Shown in pieces: positions 35,479-35,548 of a DNA stretch of 35,548 nt. Position 1 is the stretch's first letter. Every line of letters starts with the position of its first letter. The notes below the pieces were generated by a model. It was not told the origin of the DNA. It saw only the letters and a program-made list of their open reading frames with translations, and did no database searches. This DNA comes from Octopus sinensis (Eukaryota): positions 1 to 35,548 of the forward strand of contig NW_021828076.1 of the NCBI RefSeq assembly GCF_006345805.1, in the 5' to 3' direction. The translations under genes were made by a program, and so were the position numbers.

Positions 35479-35548
35479 ATATATATATATGTTCATGTAT
35501 TTGTGTTTATATGTATGTATGCATTTATGTATGAATTTATGTTTGTGT

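Overview
AT-rich, microsatellite-saturated eukaryotic DNA. The SINE/LINE repertoire looks like an octopus (coleoid cephalopod) genome; this is inferred from recalled repeat families, not from a search. Most of the ORF track is microsatellite or antisense-repeat noise. Only one credible host gene is present: an intronless 208-aa ORF (2700-3326, +). It lies behind a CRE + CArG-like + TATA + Inr promoter. It carries two internally repeated RRNAL motifs resembling the PKA pseudosubstrate of PKI proteins, a PKI-spaced NES-like motif and an RRLS PKA site, so it is a candidate cAMP-inducible, two-headed PKA inhibitor. The remainder is repeats: several tRNA-derived SINE families (one as a 5-unit tandem array), Tx1/L1-like LINE 3' ends that share a tail with one SINE family, and an RTE LINE 3' end. 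There are also three R4/Dong-like LINE fragments stacked in (TAA)n, a mariner relic built from two left ends, and two families of small (TA)n-flanked elements carrying minimal hammerhead-ribozyme-like motifs typical of Penelope-like elements.
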